The notes under the pieces: model-generated
Told to the model about the DNA's origin: nothing
Seen by the model: only the letters and a program-made list of their open reading frames with translations
Databases searched by the model: none
NCBI GenBank assembly: GCA_018675635.1
Contig: JABGXU010000008.1
Span: 195,588 to 259,587, forward strand
Length of the DNA stretch: 64,000 nucleotides
Reading direction: 5' to 3'
DNA from: Gammaproteobacteria bacterium
Lineage (GTDB): Bacteria; Pseudomonadota; Gammaproteobacteria; Poriferisulfidales; GCA-002705445
Shown here: piece by piece, positions 30,159-41,989 of the stretch
Layout of the letters: each line of letters opens with the position of its first letter
Numbering within the stretch: position 1 is the stretch's first letter
Program-made: the position numbers and the translations under genes

Positions 30159-31712
30159 TTGAGCACAAATAAAAAATTTGCACTTATAAGCGTTTCTGAT
30201 AAATCTAAGTTAGAAGAAATAGCAAAGTTTTTAATTAAAAATAATTTTGAAATTATTTCCACAGGTGGAACACATAAAAAATTAGAAGAATTAAATATAC
30301 CGGTAATATCAATTTCTGAAGTAACAAAATTTCCTGAGATTATGAATGGTAGAGTTAAAACACTACATCCTAATATTCATGCTGGTCTTTTGGCAAGAAA
30401 ATCTGATAATAAAATATTAAATGAACTAAATATACGAAGAATTGACGTTTTAATTGTAAATTTTTATCCATTTGAAAGTACAATTAATAAAGCTAATGTA
30501 AGTTTTGAAGAAGCAATAGAAAATATTGATATTGGCGGACCTGCAATGGTTCGTGCTGCTGCAAAAAACTATAAGAATTGCTGTGTTATCACAAATCCTG
30601 ATGATTATAAAAAATTTATTAAAATCTATGATAGTAATAAATTAATAAACAAGGATTTATATAAAGAAATGTCCTTAAAAGCTTTTCAATGTGTTGCTCA
30701 TTATGATATTTGTATTGCTAATTATTTAGGAGAAAAAATTAGCAATGAAAATTTTCCAAAATTCTATTCATTCAAAAAAATTAAAGATTTACGATATGGT
30801 GAAAACCCTCATCAGAAAGCTTCTTTGTACCAAGATTTTGGACAAAGACAAATAAGTATTGTAAATTCAAAAATATATCAGGGAAAAGAATTATCTTATA
30901 ATAATATTGTTGATGGTGATGCAGCATTGTCATGTGTATTAAACTACGAAAAACCATCATGCGTAATAGTTAAGCATGCAAATCCATGCGGTGTATCAAG
31001 TAATATTACTTTGAAGGAAGCGTATATTAATGCATATGAAACCGATCCGGTTTCTGCATTTGGTGGTGTAATAGCATTTAATAAAATTGTAGATGACGAA
31101 TTAATAAAAAATATTTTAGAAAGACAATTTGTTGAATTAATAATAGCGCCAGAGTTTTCAAAAAAGTCATTAGAGTATGCAAAAACAAAAAAGAATATTC
31201 GTATTATAGAATATAATAGTTATAAAAAATTGGAAAATAATGCATCAAGCCAAATAAAAAATATTAGTGATGGAGTATTGATACAAGAAGTTGACTCATC
31301 AATGGATGACAATCAAGAAAAATATAAAGTGGTTTCAAAAAAAATTCCTACAAAAAAAGAATTATCTGATTTATATTTTGCATGGGTTGTTGCTAAATAT
31401 GTTAAATCAAATGCTATCGTTTTTGCTAAGAATAATAAAACATTAGGTATAGGCGCTGGCCAAATGAGTAGAATTGATTCAACATATATTGCCTCTAAAA
31501 AAGCATATCAACAAAATTTGGAATTGATGGGAGCAGTTATGGCGTCTGATGCTTTTTTTCCATTTTCTGATAATGTTGAAAAAGCTGTTGAGTTAGGCAT
31601 ATCTGCGATTATACAACCAGGAGGCTCACAAAATGACCAGGAAGTAATAGACAAATCAGACGAGTTAAATGTAAGTTTAGTATTTACAGGTATAAGGCAT
31701 TTTAGGCATTAG
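30159..31712 (+). CDS. purH: bifunctional AICAR transformylase / IMP cyclohydrolase
   Basis: TTG start; 517 aa; ALISVSDKS MGS-like N-terminal domain and AICARFT C-terminal domain. Confidence 0.95.
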   Translation: MSTNKKFALISVSDKSKLEEIAKFLIKNNFEIISTGGTHKKLEELNIPVISISEVTKFPEIMNGRVKTLHPNIHAGLLARKSDNKILNELNIRRIDVLIVNFYPFESTINKANVSFEEAIENIDIGGPAMVRAAAKNYKNCCVITNPDDYKKFIKIYDSNKLINKDLYKEMSLKAFQCVAHYDICIANYLGEKISNENFPKFYSFKKIKDLRYGENPHQKASLYQDFGQRQISIVNSKIYQGKELSYNNIVDGDAALSCVLNYEKPSCVIVKHANPCGVSSNITLKEAYINAYETDPVSAFGGVIAFNKIVDDELIKNILERQFVELIIAPEFSKKSLEYAKTKKNIRIIEYNSYKKLENNASSQIKNISDGVLIQEVDSSMDDNQEKYKVVSKKIPTKKELSDLYFAWVVAKYVKSNAIVFAKNNKTLGIGAGQMSRIDSTYIASKKAYQQNLELMGAVMASDAFFPFSDNVEKAVELGISAIIQPGGSQNDQEVIDKSDELNVSLVFTGIRHFRH

Positions 31713-31714
31713 AT

Positions 31715-33004
31715 ATGAATTTATTAATTATTGGCGGCGGCGGTAGAGAACATGCAATAGTATGGAAGGTATCTCAATCTAATAAAGTAAGTAAAATTTT
31801 TGTTACTCCAGGTAATCCTGGCATAGCAAATGAAAATAAAGTAACTCTTGTTAGTATAGATAATCCAAATATCAAAGATTATGTTCAGTTAGCAATAGAG
31901 AAAAATATTGATCTTACAATTGTCGGTCCAGAAGATCCTTTGGTAGAAGGAATAGTTGATGAATTTAATAAAAATAATTTATTAATATTCGGGCCAAATA
32001 AATTAGCATCACAATTAGAAGGATCAAAAGACTTTTGCAAAAAAATATTAAATTCTGCAAATGTTCTTACTGCGAAACATGAGTCATTTAAAGACCCTAT
32101 ATCTGCAAATAATTATATAAAAAATCAAAACATGCCAATTGTAATAAAAGCTGATGGTCTTGCTGCAGGGAAAGGCGTTTTTATTATGAAAGATAAAAAT
32201 GAGGCATGTAAATTAATAAATGATTTATTTGATGCGAAGATAAATGGCATTAAAACATCTTTGGTAATAGTTGAAGAATTTTTAAAAGGCGAAGAAGCAA
32301 GCTTTATATGTTTAGTTTCTGGAGATACAGTTATACCAATAGCTTCATCAAAAGATCATAAGAAACTATGTGATGCAGACCTAGGGCCCAATACAGGGGG
32401 AATGGGAGCATATTCTCCTACTAAACTTATAAATACTGATATGTCAGAAAATGTTATCAATAAAATTATTTTACCTACAATAAAAGAGCTAAAAAAAATT
32501 AATATAAATTATCAGGGTTTTCTTTATGCGGGATTAATGATAGATAAAAATAAAAATGCATATGTTTTAGAATATAATTGCAGATTAGGTGACCCAGAAG
32601 CTCAAGCAATACTTATGAGGCTTGATAGTGATATTATCAATATGTTTTTATCTACAATAAATAATCAACTAGATAAATTGGAAATAAAATGGAAGAAAGA
32701 AAGCGCTTGTACAATTGTTCTTGCGTCTGAAGGATATCCTGGTAAATATGAAAAAAATAATAAAATTAATGGGTTAGATTATGAAGTAAATGATGTAAAA
32801 ATTTTCCATTCTGGAACTAAATTAAATGATGGCTCTGTTGTTACAAATGGAGGCAGGGTATTAGCCGTAACAGCATTAGGGATAAATCTTCAAATAGCAC
32901 AAGCTAAAGCATATGATAGATGTAGTCAAATATCTTGGGATGGAAAAATTAAAAGAAATGATATTGGAAACAAAGAAATAAATAATAAATTTATCTTTTC
33001 ATAG
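31715..33004 (+). CDS. purD: phosphoribosylamine--glycine ligase
   Basis: 429 aa ATP-grasp; [19 protein letters not shown]-terminus. Confidence 0.95.
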   Translation: MNLLIIGGGGREHAIVWKVSQSNKVSKIFVTPGNPGIANENKVTLVSIDNPNIKDYVQLAIEKNIDLTIVGPEDPLVEGIVDEFNKNNLLIFGPNKLASQLEGSKDFCKKILNSANVLTAKHESFKDPISANNYIKNQNMPIVIKADGLAAGKGVFIMKDKNEACKLINDLFDAKINGIKTSLVIVEEFLKGEEASFICLVSGDTVIPIASSKDHKKLCDADLGPNTGGMGAYSPTKLINTDMSENVINKIILPTIKELKKININYQGFLYAGLMIDKNKNAYVLEYNCRLGDPEAQAILMRLDSDIINMFLSTINNQLDKLEIKWKKESACTIVLASEGYPGKYEKNNKINGLDYEVNDVKIFHSGTKLNDGSVVTNGGRVLAVTALGINLQIAQAKAYDRCSQISWDGKIKRNDIGNKEINNKFIFS

Positions 33005-34247
33005 ATTCAAAGAATTCACTATTTGTTTTTGTTGTTTTTAATTTATCTAACAAAAACTCAACAGCTTCAATTTCATCCATGGAATGCATGAATTTTCTTA
33101 ATATCCACATTCTTTGAAGTTCTTCTGGTGACGTTAAAAGTTCTTCTCTTCTTGTTCCAGATTTATTAATACCAATCGCTGGGTATACTCTTTTCTCTGC
33201 TATTCTTCTGTCTAAGTGTATTTCACTATTACCGGTACCTTTAAATTCTTCAAATATTACTTCATCCATTTTAGATCCAGTGTCAACAAGTGCTGTTGCT
33301 AAAATTGTAAGTGATCCACCTTCTTCTATATTTCTGGCTGCCCCAAAGAATCTTTTTGGTCTATGTAGCGCATTAGCGTCAACACCACCAGATAAAACTT
33401 TTCCAGATGAAGGAGAGACAGTGTTATAAGCTCTTGCAAGTCTAGTGATAGAATCTAATAGAATAACCACATCCTTTTTGTGTTCAACAAGTCTCTTTGC
33501 TTTTTCAATCACCATTTCTGCTACTTGCACATGTCTCGTAGCTGGCTCATCAAATGTACTAGAAACAACTTCACCATCTACCATGCGAGCCATTTCTGTA
33601 ACCTCTTCAGGTCTTTCATCTATAAGTAATATAATTAGATGACACTCTGGATTATTAGTTGTAATGCTTTGTGCAATATTTTGAAGCATTATAGTTTTAC
33701 CAGCTTTTGGTGGAGAAACAACTAATCCCCTTTGACCTTTACCAATCGGTGCGATTATATCTATTATTCTAGCAGTAATATCTTCACTGCTTCCATTCCC
33801 TCTCTCTAATTTAATTCTTTTTTCAGCATGCAAAGGTGTTAAATTTTCAAATAATATTTTTCTTTTTGCATTTTCAGGAGATTCATAATTAATTTGATCT
33901 ACTTTAAGCATCGCAAAATATCTTTCTGTATCTTTAGGAGGTCTAATTTTTCCTGATACTGTATCTCCGGTGCGCAAACCAAATTTCCTAATTTGGCTTG
34001 GTGAAACATATATATCATCAGGACCTGCAAGATATGAACTATTTGAAGATCTTAGAAATCCAAATCCATCTTGAAGAATCTCTAACACACCATCTCCAAA
34101 TATATCTTCACCATTTTTTGCATGGGATTTTAATATAGAAAAAATTACTTCTTGTTTTCTTGCTCTAGCTATATTTTCTATACTCATATCTGCAGCCATA
34201 GTCATTAAATCTGCTGGGCTTTTTTTCTTTAACTCTGTTAAGTTCAT
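32991..34247 (-). CDS. rho: transcription termination factor Rho
   Basis: 418 aa; N-terminal RNA-binding domain, Walker [16 protein letters not shown], RecA-like core. Confidence 0.95.
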   Translation of the reverse strand: MNLTELKKKSPADLMTMAADMSIENIARARKQEVIFSILKSHAKNGEDIFGDGVLEILQDGFGFLRSSNSSYLAGPDDIYVSPSQIRKFGLRTGDTVSGKIRPPKDTERYFAMLKVDQINYESPENAKRKILFENLTPLHAEKRIKLERGNGSSEDITARIIDIIAPIGKGQRGLVVSPPKAGKTIMLQNIAQSITTNNPECHLIILLIDERPEEVTEMARMVDGEVVSSTFDEPATRHVQVAEMVIEKAKRLVEHKKDVVILLDSITRLARAYNTVSPSSGKVLSGGVDANALHRPKRFFGAARNIEEGGSLTILATALVDTGSKMDEVIFEEFKGTGNSEIHLDRRIAEKRVYPAIGINKSGTRREELLTSPEELQRMWILRKFMHSMDEIEAVEFLLDKLKTTKTNSEFFESMKR

Positions 34248-34400
34248 AATAATTTTTACCTAAGGAATTTTGTAGATTATATAAAGGATTAATGCGTTTT
34301 TTTATAATTTGACGCGTGAAATTTTTTCTTTGAAGTGCTAAATCTACTACTGAAATTGAAAGTTAACATTAATTATAACTTTCGTCTAGCTTTTTTTTAA

Positions 34401-34727
34401 CTAAATATTGTCCTCAATAAATTTTTTTAAATCATTTTTACTTAAAGCGCCTACTTTTGTTCCTACAGGTTCACCGTCTTTAAAAAGCATTAGCGTAGGT
34501 ATGCCACGTATTCCATATTTTGGAGGTGTTTGTGAGTTTTCATCAACATTTAGTTTGCCTACCAATACTCTGCCTTCCATCTCATCAGCAATTTCTTCTA
34601 GTATTGGAGTAATCATTTTGCAAGGCCCGCACCATTCAGCCCAGTAATCAACTAATATTGGTTTTTCTGATTTAATGACTAAATTTTCGAAATCTGTATC
34701 TGTTATTTTTAATATTGATTCTGACAT
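34401..34727 (-). CDS. trxA: thioredoxin
   Basis: 108 aa; [11 protein letters not shown] active site. Confidence 0.95.
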   Translation of the reverse strand: MSESILKITDTDFENLVIKSEKPILVDYWAEWCGPCKMITPILEEIADEMEGRVLVGKLNVDENSQTPPKYGIRGIPTLMLFKDGEPVGTKVGALSKNDLKKFIEDNI

Positions 34728-34806
34728 AAATTTTCCTTAAATAATTTTTTTGATTAGTTTTTTATTATACATATAATTACTTTAAATCAAGATATTTTCT
34801 TGATTA

Positions 34807-35973
34807 TTATGTATCTTCATAAATAATTCTCCATTTTCCGTCTTTTTCTTTCTTCCAGAATAATTTTTTATTTGTAGCAGTTTTAAAATTATTGCTTTCA
34901 TAAAATTGTCTAAAATCAGCATATATTAAATTTCTTTGCTCAGGATAAAAAAATAAGTTTAGATTTTTAATATTTATTTTAATGAAAGTTTTGTTCCCAA
35001 TTATTCTTAAAATATGCGCAACTCTTTTCTCAAAATCATGTGTTTTACTATTAAAATTAATTGAATGTTGTGCTATAAAAGAGTGTGGATCCAGACTTTC
35101 CCAGCTCTTTTCCCATTCTTTTATGAAATTATTTGCTTCTTCTTTATTTTGGTGCCACTTATTTCTTTTTATCCAATTTACGTTTTCTACTAATAGAACT
35201 GGTGTTTTGCCTATTTCAGTGTATTTTTTTAATTTCTGCAGGGTTCTGTTGCTCGTTACAACGCAACCTTCACTAGTAAGCGGAGGTCTACTATAAACAT
35301 CCCTAGGAACTCCGTGAATCCATATACCGTAACCAGTTTTATTATTTCTTATATCCCATGAGTTTGGATAATTTATAGGGTATGCTCCATTACCATATAG
35401 TTCCGGAAGATCTTCATCTATTAAATGTGAAGTAATCTTATAAACGCCGATAGGGGTTTTATTATCACCAGAGATTGATTTATTGTAACCACCTTTACCA
35501 ATAGAAACATAATAATCTGCAATAATTTCTGGAATCCCACTATTATTTTTTACTAAATATAATCTTGATTTAGATAGTTCAATTAAAAAAGCATATTTAA
35601 CATTATCAGATAATTGAACTATTGATTTAGGTAAAAGATCATTTTTTTTATATACAGAAGTAAAATTTATTCTAGCCTTTGCTTCACTCTTTAAATCATT
35701 TATTTTTTTGTCTTTAGATTTACTACTGAGTACTGGTTTTTTTTGTAGATGTGATGATAATAAATCAGCATAAATTACTTTTCCTAATTTAAAATTTGGG
35801 TAATTTTTACTTAATTTTTCAGCAATAAATAAAGCTTCTTCATTACTGCCATTTCTCATGTAGTCAATTATTTTTAAAAGTTCAATTTCTGCTTTTTCAT
35901 TTGGAGAAATTATTTCATCAGCATAAATATTATTAACAAATAATATAATTAATAAAAGATATAGAGTGCGCAT
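34807..35973 (-). CDS. L,D-transpeptidase (YkuD) family protein
   Basis: Signal peptide; catalytic IWIHGVP...SEGCVVTSN (His...Ser-x-Gly-Cys) motif; C-terminal about 110-aa domain shared with the next gene. Confidence 0.7.
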   Translation of the reverse strand: MRTLYLLLIILFVNNIYADEIISPNEKAEIELLKIIDYMRNGSNEEALFIAEKLSKNYPNFKLGKVIYADLLSSHLQKKPVLSSKSKDKKINDLKSEAKARINFTSVYKKNDLLPKSIVQLSDNVKYAFLIELSKSRLYLVKNNSGIPEIIADYYVSIGKGGYNKSISGDNKTPIGVYKITSHLIDEDLPELYGNGAYPINYPNSWDIRNNKTGYGIWIHGVPRDVYSRPPLTSEGCVVTSNRTLQKLKKYTEIGKTPVLLVENVNWIKRNKWHQNKEEANNFIKEWEKSWESLDPHSFIAQHSINFNSKTHDFEKRVAHILRIIGNKTFIKINIKNLNLFFYPEQRNLIYADFRQFYESNNFKTATNKKLFWKKEKDGKWRIIYEDT

Positions 35974-36788
35974 TATTTAAGAATGTATTCTCCAGTTATC
36001 TTAAAACTATTATTTATTATGACTAATGTGGCATGTTTATTAACAACATCTGAAAATGAGTCTGAATTATAATTTTGTGTAAATTGAAGTAATACATTTT
36101 TATTACCAAAATTTATAACTTTAAAATTTAAAATTTTAACTTTTATATTTTTTTTACTTAAAATTTTATTTTTCCTATCTGTTTCCCATAATATTCTAGA
36201 TTTATATTTCTTAGGAAAATAGCCTTTTTTATAGTAATTAAAATATTCTTGATAGTTTTTGTTTTCCCATGATCGAGCCCAATTGTTAATAAACTCTTGT
36301 GCTCTACCAGAATCAATTGACTGAATATTCTCAATATTAGTTTTTTTGGTTACTGTGTTATTTGTTATTTCATTTTTAATTGTCATTGTATCTAATGCTT
36401 TTGCTAATATTAATTTGATGCTATTTTTTTCTGAATCTTTAATTGAGAGTGCTTCCTCATATAAGATATTTGCCTGATAAGCATACAAACTTGTTAAATT
36501 TTTGTAGATAATTTCTATATTTTTATTATTGCTTATAGATTGTCTTAGTATTTTTACTGCAGTATCTATATTGCCTTGTTTTGCTTCTATATAAGCAATG
36601 TTATTTATAACTTGATCATTCTTTGGATGATTTTTTAATATATTTTTTAAAATATTTTTAGCTGCTGAAAAATTCTCTATAAGAATTAATTCATTTGCTG
36701 CATTAAATTTCTCAAAATTATCTACTGAAAATGCTGGGCAAATATTTGAAGCAATCAAGAAAAAAAAAATTACTGTTTTTTTACGCAT
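35973..36788 (-). CDS. secreted TPR-repeat protein with C-terminal domain paralogous to the adjacent L,D-transpeptidase tail
   Basis: Signal peptide, TPR-like NIAYIEAKQGN repeats. Its C-terminus FINNWARSWENKNYQEYFNYY parallels FIKEWEKSWESLDPHSF of the neighbour. Confidence 0.5.
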   Translation of the reverse strand: MRKKTVIFFFLIASNICPAFSVDNFEKFNAANELILIENFSAAKNILKNILKNHPKNDQVINNIAYIEAKQGNIDTAVKILRQSISNNKNIEIIYKNLTSLYAYQANILYEEALSIKDSEKNSIKLILAKALDTMTIKNEITNNTVTKKTNIENIQSIDSGRAQEFINNWARSWENKNYQEYFNYYKKGYFPKKYKSRILWETDRKNKILSKKNIKVKILNFKVINFGNKNVLLQFTQNYNSDSFSDVVNKHATLVIINNSFKITGEYILK

Positions 36789-36885
36789 TTAATATTATGT
36801 TAAGTTATTGTATTATTGTAATTATATTACATATCATTATATGTTAAAAAGTGGATAATACAATAATCTTAAAATTGGAAAAGCT

Positions 36886-37776
36886 ATGAATATAACTATA
36901 CTGGGTGGCACTGGTTTTGTGGGAATGAGTATAATTAATTGTCTCGCTAAAACTGAAAACAATGTAACTATTATAACTCGTGATCGTGAAAAAAATAAAA
37001 AAATATTAGTATATCCCCGTGTAAAATTAATTGAGGCAGATGTTCATAATTTAGAAGCTTTAGCTTCATATACTAAAAATACAGACGTTTTAGTTAATTT
37101 AATCGGAATATTGAATGAAAAAGGGCATTCAGGAAGAGGATTTAGAAAGGCACATAGTGATTTAGCAAGAAATATACTAAATGTCTGCAAGCTGAACAAC
37201 ATTAAACGAATATTACATATGAGCGCTTTAAATGCCGATCCTAAAGGCAATAGTCATTATTTAAGAACTAAAGGCGAGGCTGAAAGTTACTTGATGACAT
37301 ATGGGAAAAGATTTGCAAATGTAACTATATTTAAGCCCTCAGTAATTTTTGGGAAAAACGACAATTTTATTTTAAGATTTAGCAATTTATTAAATTTTAT
37401 GCCATTTATATTTCCTTTAGCATGCCATGAAGCTAAATTTGCCCCTGTTTATGTAGAAGAGTTGTCTGAGTTTATTGTAAATTCAATAAAAAATACAAAA
37501 AGCTTTAATAAGAAATATGATTTATCTGGGCCAAAAGACTATACTCTAAAAGAGATATTGGAATTAATTATCCAAACTAAAAAAAGGAAAATTAAAGTAA
37601 TACCCTTATCAAAAAAATTATCTAAATTACAAGCCATAATAATGGAGTTTATTCCAGGAAAACCTTTTTCAATAGATAATTTTAATTCATGTCAGATAGA
37701 TAGTATTTGCAGTTCAGATTATAATTTTTATTCTGACTTAGAAACTATAATACCTACTTATATTAACCCACAATAA
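36886..37776 (+). CDS. NAD(P)H-binding SDR/NmrA-like (NDUFA9-like) protein
   Basis: MNITILGGTGFVGMSII Rossmann N-terminus; 296 aa. Confidence 0.7.
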   Translation: MNITILGGTGFVGMSIINCLAKTENNVTIITRDREKNKKILVYPRVKLIEADVHNLEALASYTKNTDVLVNLIGILNEKGHSGRGFRKAHSDLARNILNVCKLNNIKRILHMSALNADPKGNSHYLRTKGEAESYLMTYGKRFANVTIFKPSVIFGKNDNFILRFSNLLNFMPFIFPLACHEAKFAPVYVEELSEFIVNSIKNTKSFNKKYDLSGPKDYTLKEILELIIQTKKRKIKVIPLSKKLSKLQAIIMEFIPGKPFSIDNFNSCQIDSICSSDYNFYSDLETIIPTYINPQ

Positions 37777-37783
37777 ATTAATA

Positions 37784-38872
37784 ATGAAAAAATATCTTGT
37801 CGGTGGTGCTGTAAGAGATAAATTATTAGGTTTAGAACCCAAAGAAAAAGATTGGGTAGTTGTAAATAGTAGCCCAGAAGAATTGATTTCTTTAGGTTAC
37901 AAACAGGTAGGTAAAAATTTTCCAGTTTTTTTGCATCCAAAAACTTTTGAAGAGTATGCATTGGCAAGGGTGGAAAAAAAAGTTAATACAGGGCACCAAG
38001 GTTTTGAATTTAATACGGAGAAAAGTGTAACTCTTGAGCAGGATTTATTAAGAAGAGATTTAACAATAAACGCGATTGCTGAAGATGGTGATAATAAATT
38101 AATAGATCCGTTTAATGGCTTAAAAGATATAGAAAATAGAGAACTTCGACATGTGTCAGATGCATTCTCAGAGGATCCACTAAGAGTATTTAGAGTAGCG
38201 CGATTTTACGCATCACTTAGTGAATATAATTTTAATATTCATGATTCAACATATATAGCAATGCAGAGTATTGTAGATTCTGGTGAAATAGAAAGTCTTT
38301 CTAGGGAAAGATTGTGGGGAGAATTTTCCAAAGCATTTAGTACGAAGGAGCCATACAAATTTTTTGAAGCATTAATTAATTCTGGTACTGCAAAAAAGTA
38401 TTTTCCTGAGGTTGTAGATAATGAAATACTTAAGAAAAAAATAATTTATTTCGCTAAACAGAATATAAGTAAAGATATATTTATATCATTAATTGGTTTT
38501 TCTGTAGATTTTCTAGAATTATTTGGATTTCCTAAAAAAATAGTAGATTTATATTTTATATTTAATGAATTTGGAGCTAAGTTTTTATCCTTAGAGTTAA
38601 AAAAAGAACTAGTTTTAAATTTTTTGAATGAATTAGATGCATTCAGGCGCCCTGATAGATTATACAATTTTTTGATACAAATTAATTGTTTTTTAGATTT
38701 TCATAACCAAGATGAAAATAGTAAAATTAATATTTTTGACGATATATTAAAAAATATTGAAAGTAAGATTAATTATGGGAATTTAAAAAATCTTAATGTT
38801 GCTCAAATTAAACAAAGTGTAGAAAATACTAATTTAAATATTATTAATAAGATTTTAAGTAAAAATACTTAA
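37784..38872 (+). CDS. cca: CCA tRNA nucleotidyltransferase
   Basis: MKKYLVGGAVRDKLLGLEPKEKDWVV head-domain N-terminus; 362 aa. Confidence 0.85.
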   Translation: MKKYLVGGAVRDKLLGLEPKEKDWVVVNSSPEELISLGYKQVGKNFPVFLHPKTFEEYALARVEKKVNTGHQGFEFNTEKSVTLEQDLLRRDLTINAIAEDGDNKLIDPFNGLKDIENRELRHVSDAFSEDPLRVFRVARFYASLSEYNFNIHDSTYIAMQSIVDSGEIESLSRERLWGEFSKAFSTKEPYKFFEALINSGTAKKYFPEVVDNEILKKKIIYFAKQNISKDIFISLIGFSVDFLELFGFPKKIVDLYFIFNEFGAKFLSLELKKELVLNFLNELDAFRRPDRLYNFLIQINCFLDFHNQDENSKINIFDDILKNIESKINYGNLKNLNVAQIKQSVENTNLNIINKILSKNT

Positions 38873-39634
38873 AAGAACTATTCCTAATATTAATCTGTAT
38901 ATCATAAAAGGGTAAAATCCAATTTTATTTACATATAGTATGAAATTCTTTATTACAACATATGCTACTAGAAAAGATATTATTATTGATATAAATGACG
39001 ATAAAATAATTTCAAAATTTATACTAGAAAAATTTAAGGAAAGCGTTTCATAGCACATGGCAATAAGAATTACTGGAAATGCTAGAATAATTGCAATAAT
39101 AATTGAGCTCTTTTTGTTATACCCAAGTAATAATGCCGACAATATAATTATTGCTGATCTAGATGTTCCTGGAATTAATGCTAGAGCTTGAAATAGACCA
39201 ATAATTACCATATCAATATTATTAATTTCACTAATATTTTTTGACTTTTTGCTAAATAACTCTGCTGCTAATAAAAAAAGTGCAACTGCAATAGTAGAAA
39301 TCGCAATAACTTCTAAATTTCTTAAATGATTAATAATATAATCATGAAAAAAATACCCAAAAATTAAGACTGGCAAAGAGCCAATTATAATTTTTTGAAT
39401 ATTTATATAATTTTTTGCATATTCTGTATTTATAAACTCTGTAGTATTTTTAGAATAATAATAAATAATGGCAAGTAAAGACCCAAAATGCATAGATACG
39501 TCAAGAAAAACTCCTTGGTCATTCCAACCTAAAATTTTTGGAATAAGAATTAAATGCGCAGAACTTGAAATAGGTAAAAATTCTGTAACACCTTGCACTA
39601 AAGATAATATTATTACATGAGTATAATCAATCAT
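38855..39634 (-). CDS. uppP: undecaprenyl-diphosphatase
   Basis: LVQGVTEFLPISSSAHL and PGTSRSA motifs; 8 TM. Confidence 0.9.
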   Translation of the reverse strand: MIDYTHVIILSLVQGVTEFLPISSSAHLILIPKILGWNDQGVFLDVSMHFGSLLAIIYYYSKNTTEFINTEYAKNYINIQKIIIGSLPVLIFGYFFHDYIINHLRNLEVIAISTIAVALFLLAAELFSKKSKNISEINNIDMVIIGLFQALALIPGTSRSAIIILSALLLGYNKKSSIIIAIILAFPVILIAMCYETLSLNFSSINFEIILSSFISIIISFLVAYVVIKNFILYVNKIGFYPFMIYRLILGIVLLSIFT

Positions 39635-40734
39635 AATTTGTGCCTATAATCTTTAAATGTTACTTGAAATTCTGAATTCATATTGTCACAGAATATCATC
39701 ATTTTAAAATTTTCTCCCATATCCGAAGGGAATAATAATGTCTTAAGAATATTTTGTTTTTCAATAGTATCTGCGATTTTTGTTGAATTATCTAATATAT
39801 TATTATGAATTAAAAATTCACTTTGAGTTGTATAAGCAATAAGTTTTAAATTATTAGCTTGAACAATCCTATTAATTCTAGAAAAGTCTACACTAACTGA
39901 TATATCAAAAGTTCCAGGGCTATTTAATGGGGATATTAATTTTTTATGATCTTTATAATATTGAATAGTCCCTTTATTTCTTTCTTGATGATAAAATTCA
40001 CTTTCACTATAACCGTAATCAATTATTACAAATATAAAATTACTAATATTTTTAAAAATATGTGATAGCCAATTATCATAAGTAATATTAATTTCTGAAC
40101 TATAATTATTAGAAAATGGGGCCCCAAGTCTATTTTCTATATTTTTAATTTTTGTAGATAAAAAATCATTACATGGTATTTTTGAGAAGTATAATTTATT
40201 ATTTTTTAAAGTAATTACTTTTTCAAAAAGTGCATCATCTTGTTTTTTAAATATCTTTGAAGGTATAGCGTCTAAAACCTCGTTAGCAATTAAAAAAACA
40301 TTTTCTATATTTTCTATTTTGTCAATCCATTTAACTATAGATCTTTTAATTTTTGGAAGTTTATTTATTTTTATTTGTTGTTGTTTTTTTAAATAATAAC
40401 TTTTTTCTAATATATAATATTTTTTTGGAAGCATATTATTATTTATGTTTTTAAGAATATTAAAAGCCATTTCTCCACTCCCAGCCCCAAATTCAATAAT
40501 ATTTTCAATATTTTTATTTTTTTTACATTTTATATAAAAATGTAATATTGATTCTGAATATAGAGAAGATATTTCCGGAGCAGTTACAAAGTCTGAGTTT
40601 TTTGGATTTAAGCTAATTTGATCGTTATTATAATAACCTTGATCTGGATAATATAAACAAATATCCATATAGTTATCAAAAGTTATATGTTTATCTTGTT
40701 CAACTTTTGCATGTATTCTTTTTATTAATTCCAC
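39631..40734 (-). CDS. MidA/NDUFAF7-family SAM-dependent methyltransferase (DUF185)
   Basis: ITFDNYMDICLYYPDQGYY...DFVTAPEISSLYSE signature; 367 aa. Confidence 0.75.
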   Translation of the reverse strand: MELIKRIHAKVEQDKHITFDNYMDICLYYPDQGYYNNDQISLNPKNSDFVTAPEISSLYSESILHFYIKCKKNKNIENIIEFGAGSGEMAFNILKNINNNMLPKKYYILEKSYYLKKQQQIKINKLPKIKRSIVKWIDKIENIENVFLIANEVLDAIPSKIFKKQDDALFEKVITLKNNKLYFSKIPCNDFLSTKIKNIENRLGAPFSNNYSSEINITYDNWLSHIFKNISNFIFVIIDYGYSESEFYHQERNKGTIQYYKDHKKLISPLNSPGTFDISVSVDFSRINRIVQANNLKLIAYTTQSEFLIHNNILDNSTKIADTIEKQNILKTLLFPSDMGENFKMMIFCDNMNSEFQVTFKDYRHKL

Positions 40735-40793
40735 GTAGTAGCCTATAATCTAATTGTTAGTAGGGCAGTATAATTATCTAGTATAATGTTTTT

Positions 40794-41546
40794 ATGAATC
40801 AAAATATTAAAAAAAATAGAAAAATTGTTTTAATTACTGGAGCTGCAAGGCGCTTGGGGAAAGCTATTGCATTAAAACTTCATTCTAGCGGCATGGATAT
40901 TATTATTCATTGTAATAAATCTGAAAAAGATGCGAAAAAATTGGTATCTGATATGAATTTATTGAGAGAAGATTCTGCAAAATATATTAGTTTGAATTTA
41001 AGAGATTTCAAAAAATATGAAAATTTTTTACCAAGTCTAGGAGATAGATGGGAAAATATTGATGTTCTTATTAATAATGCTTCTACTTTTTACCCCAATC
41101 AAATAGATAAATCTTCATTAGAGAACTGGAATGATTTACAAGATGTTAATTTAAAATCTACTTTTTTTCTTTCAAAGATATTTTATAATAGTTTAAAAAT
41201 TAATAAAGGCTGCATCATCAATATTATTGATATCCATGCAGATAAACCATTAGGGGGTTTTTCTATATATTCAATTGCAAAAGCAGGGTTAAAAATGTTA
41301 ACAAAGTCTTTAGCTGTAGAATTTGGGCCAGATATTAGAGTTAATGGTATTTCTCCAGGATCAATAATATGGCCTGAAATTAAGGAATATGAAAGCGAGC
41401 ATCAAGCAATAATTGATAAGACCTTACTAAAAAGACAAGGAAGTACGAATGATATAGCTAACGCTTGTATTTTTTTAATAAATTCTGCAGATTATATAAC
41501 TGGCCAAATAATAAATATTGATGGCGGAAGTAGCTTAAATAATTAG
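40794..41546 (+). CDS. SDR-family pteridine reductase (FolM-like)
   Basis: VLITGAARRLGKAIALKL cofactor motif, YSIAKAG catalytic Tyr-x3-Lys; divergent from folB. Confidence 0.7.
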   Translation: MNQNIKKNRKIVLITGAARRLGKAIALKLHSSGMDIIIHCNKSEKDAKKLVSDMNLLREDSAKYISLNLRDFKKYENFLPSLGDRWENIDVLINNASTFYPNQIDKSSLENWNDLQDVNLKSTFFLSKIFYNSLKINKGCIINIIDIHADKPLGGFSIYSIAKAGLKMLTKSLAVEFGPDIRVNGISPGSIIWPEIKEYESEHQAIIDKTLLKRQGSTNDIANACIFLINSADYITGQIINIDGGSSLNN

Positions 41547-41547
41547 A

Positions 41548-41898
41548 TTATGCTTTTCTTGTAATAGTAATGCCAACATCTTGAGATCCTCTAATTGCTC
41601 CAGGCTTACTAATCGATATTGTAACATATTCAACTTTAAATTCCTTTAACACCATGTTTGCAATGTTCTCAATTAAAGTTTCAACAAGGTTATGTTGGTT
41701 ATTTTCTACATAATCAATTATCATTTTTGATAATGTTTTGTAGTCTAAAGAGTATTGAATATCCTTAGTATCAGCAGCTTTTTTAATATCAGTACCTATT
41801 TCTACATCTATATTAATTGTTTGGTCAATTTGCTTTTCCCAAGCAAATATACCAATTCTAGTTTTTAATTTAAGATTTTTTAAGAATATTTTGTCCAT
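41548..41898 (-). CDS. folB: dihydroneopterin aldolase
   Basis: 116 aa; FLKNLKLKTRIGIFAWEK N-terminus typical of FolB. Confidence 0.85.
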   Translation of the reverse strand: MDKIFLKNLKLKTRIGIFAWEKQIDQTINIDVEIGTDIKKAADTKDIQYSLDYKTLSKMIIDYVENNQHNLVETLIENIANMVLKEFKVEYVTISISKPGAIRGSQDVGITITRKA

Positions 41899-41989
41899 AT
41901 GAGGCTGATTATAGTGTATTATAGAATTTATTGTTGTATAGATAGCAAATATTTGTTATCTTTTTTCTTTTTAAAGGTTTGAGATTATT

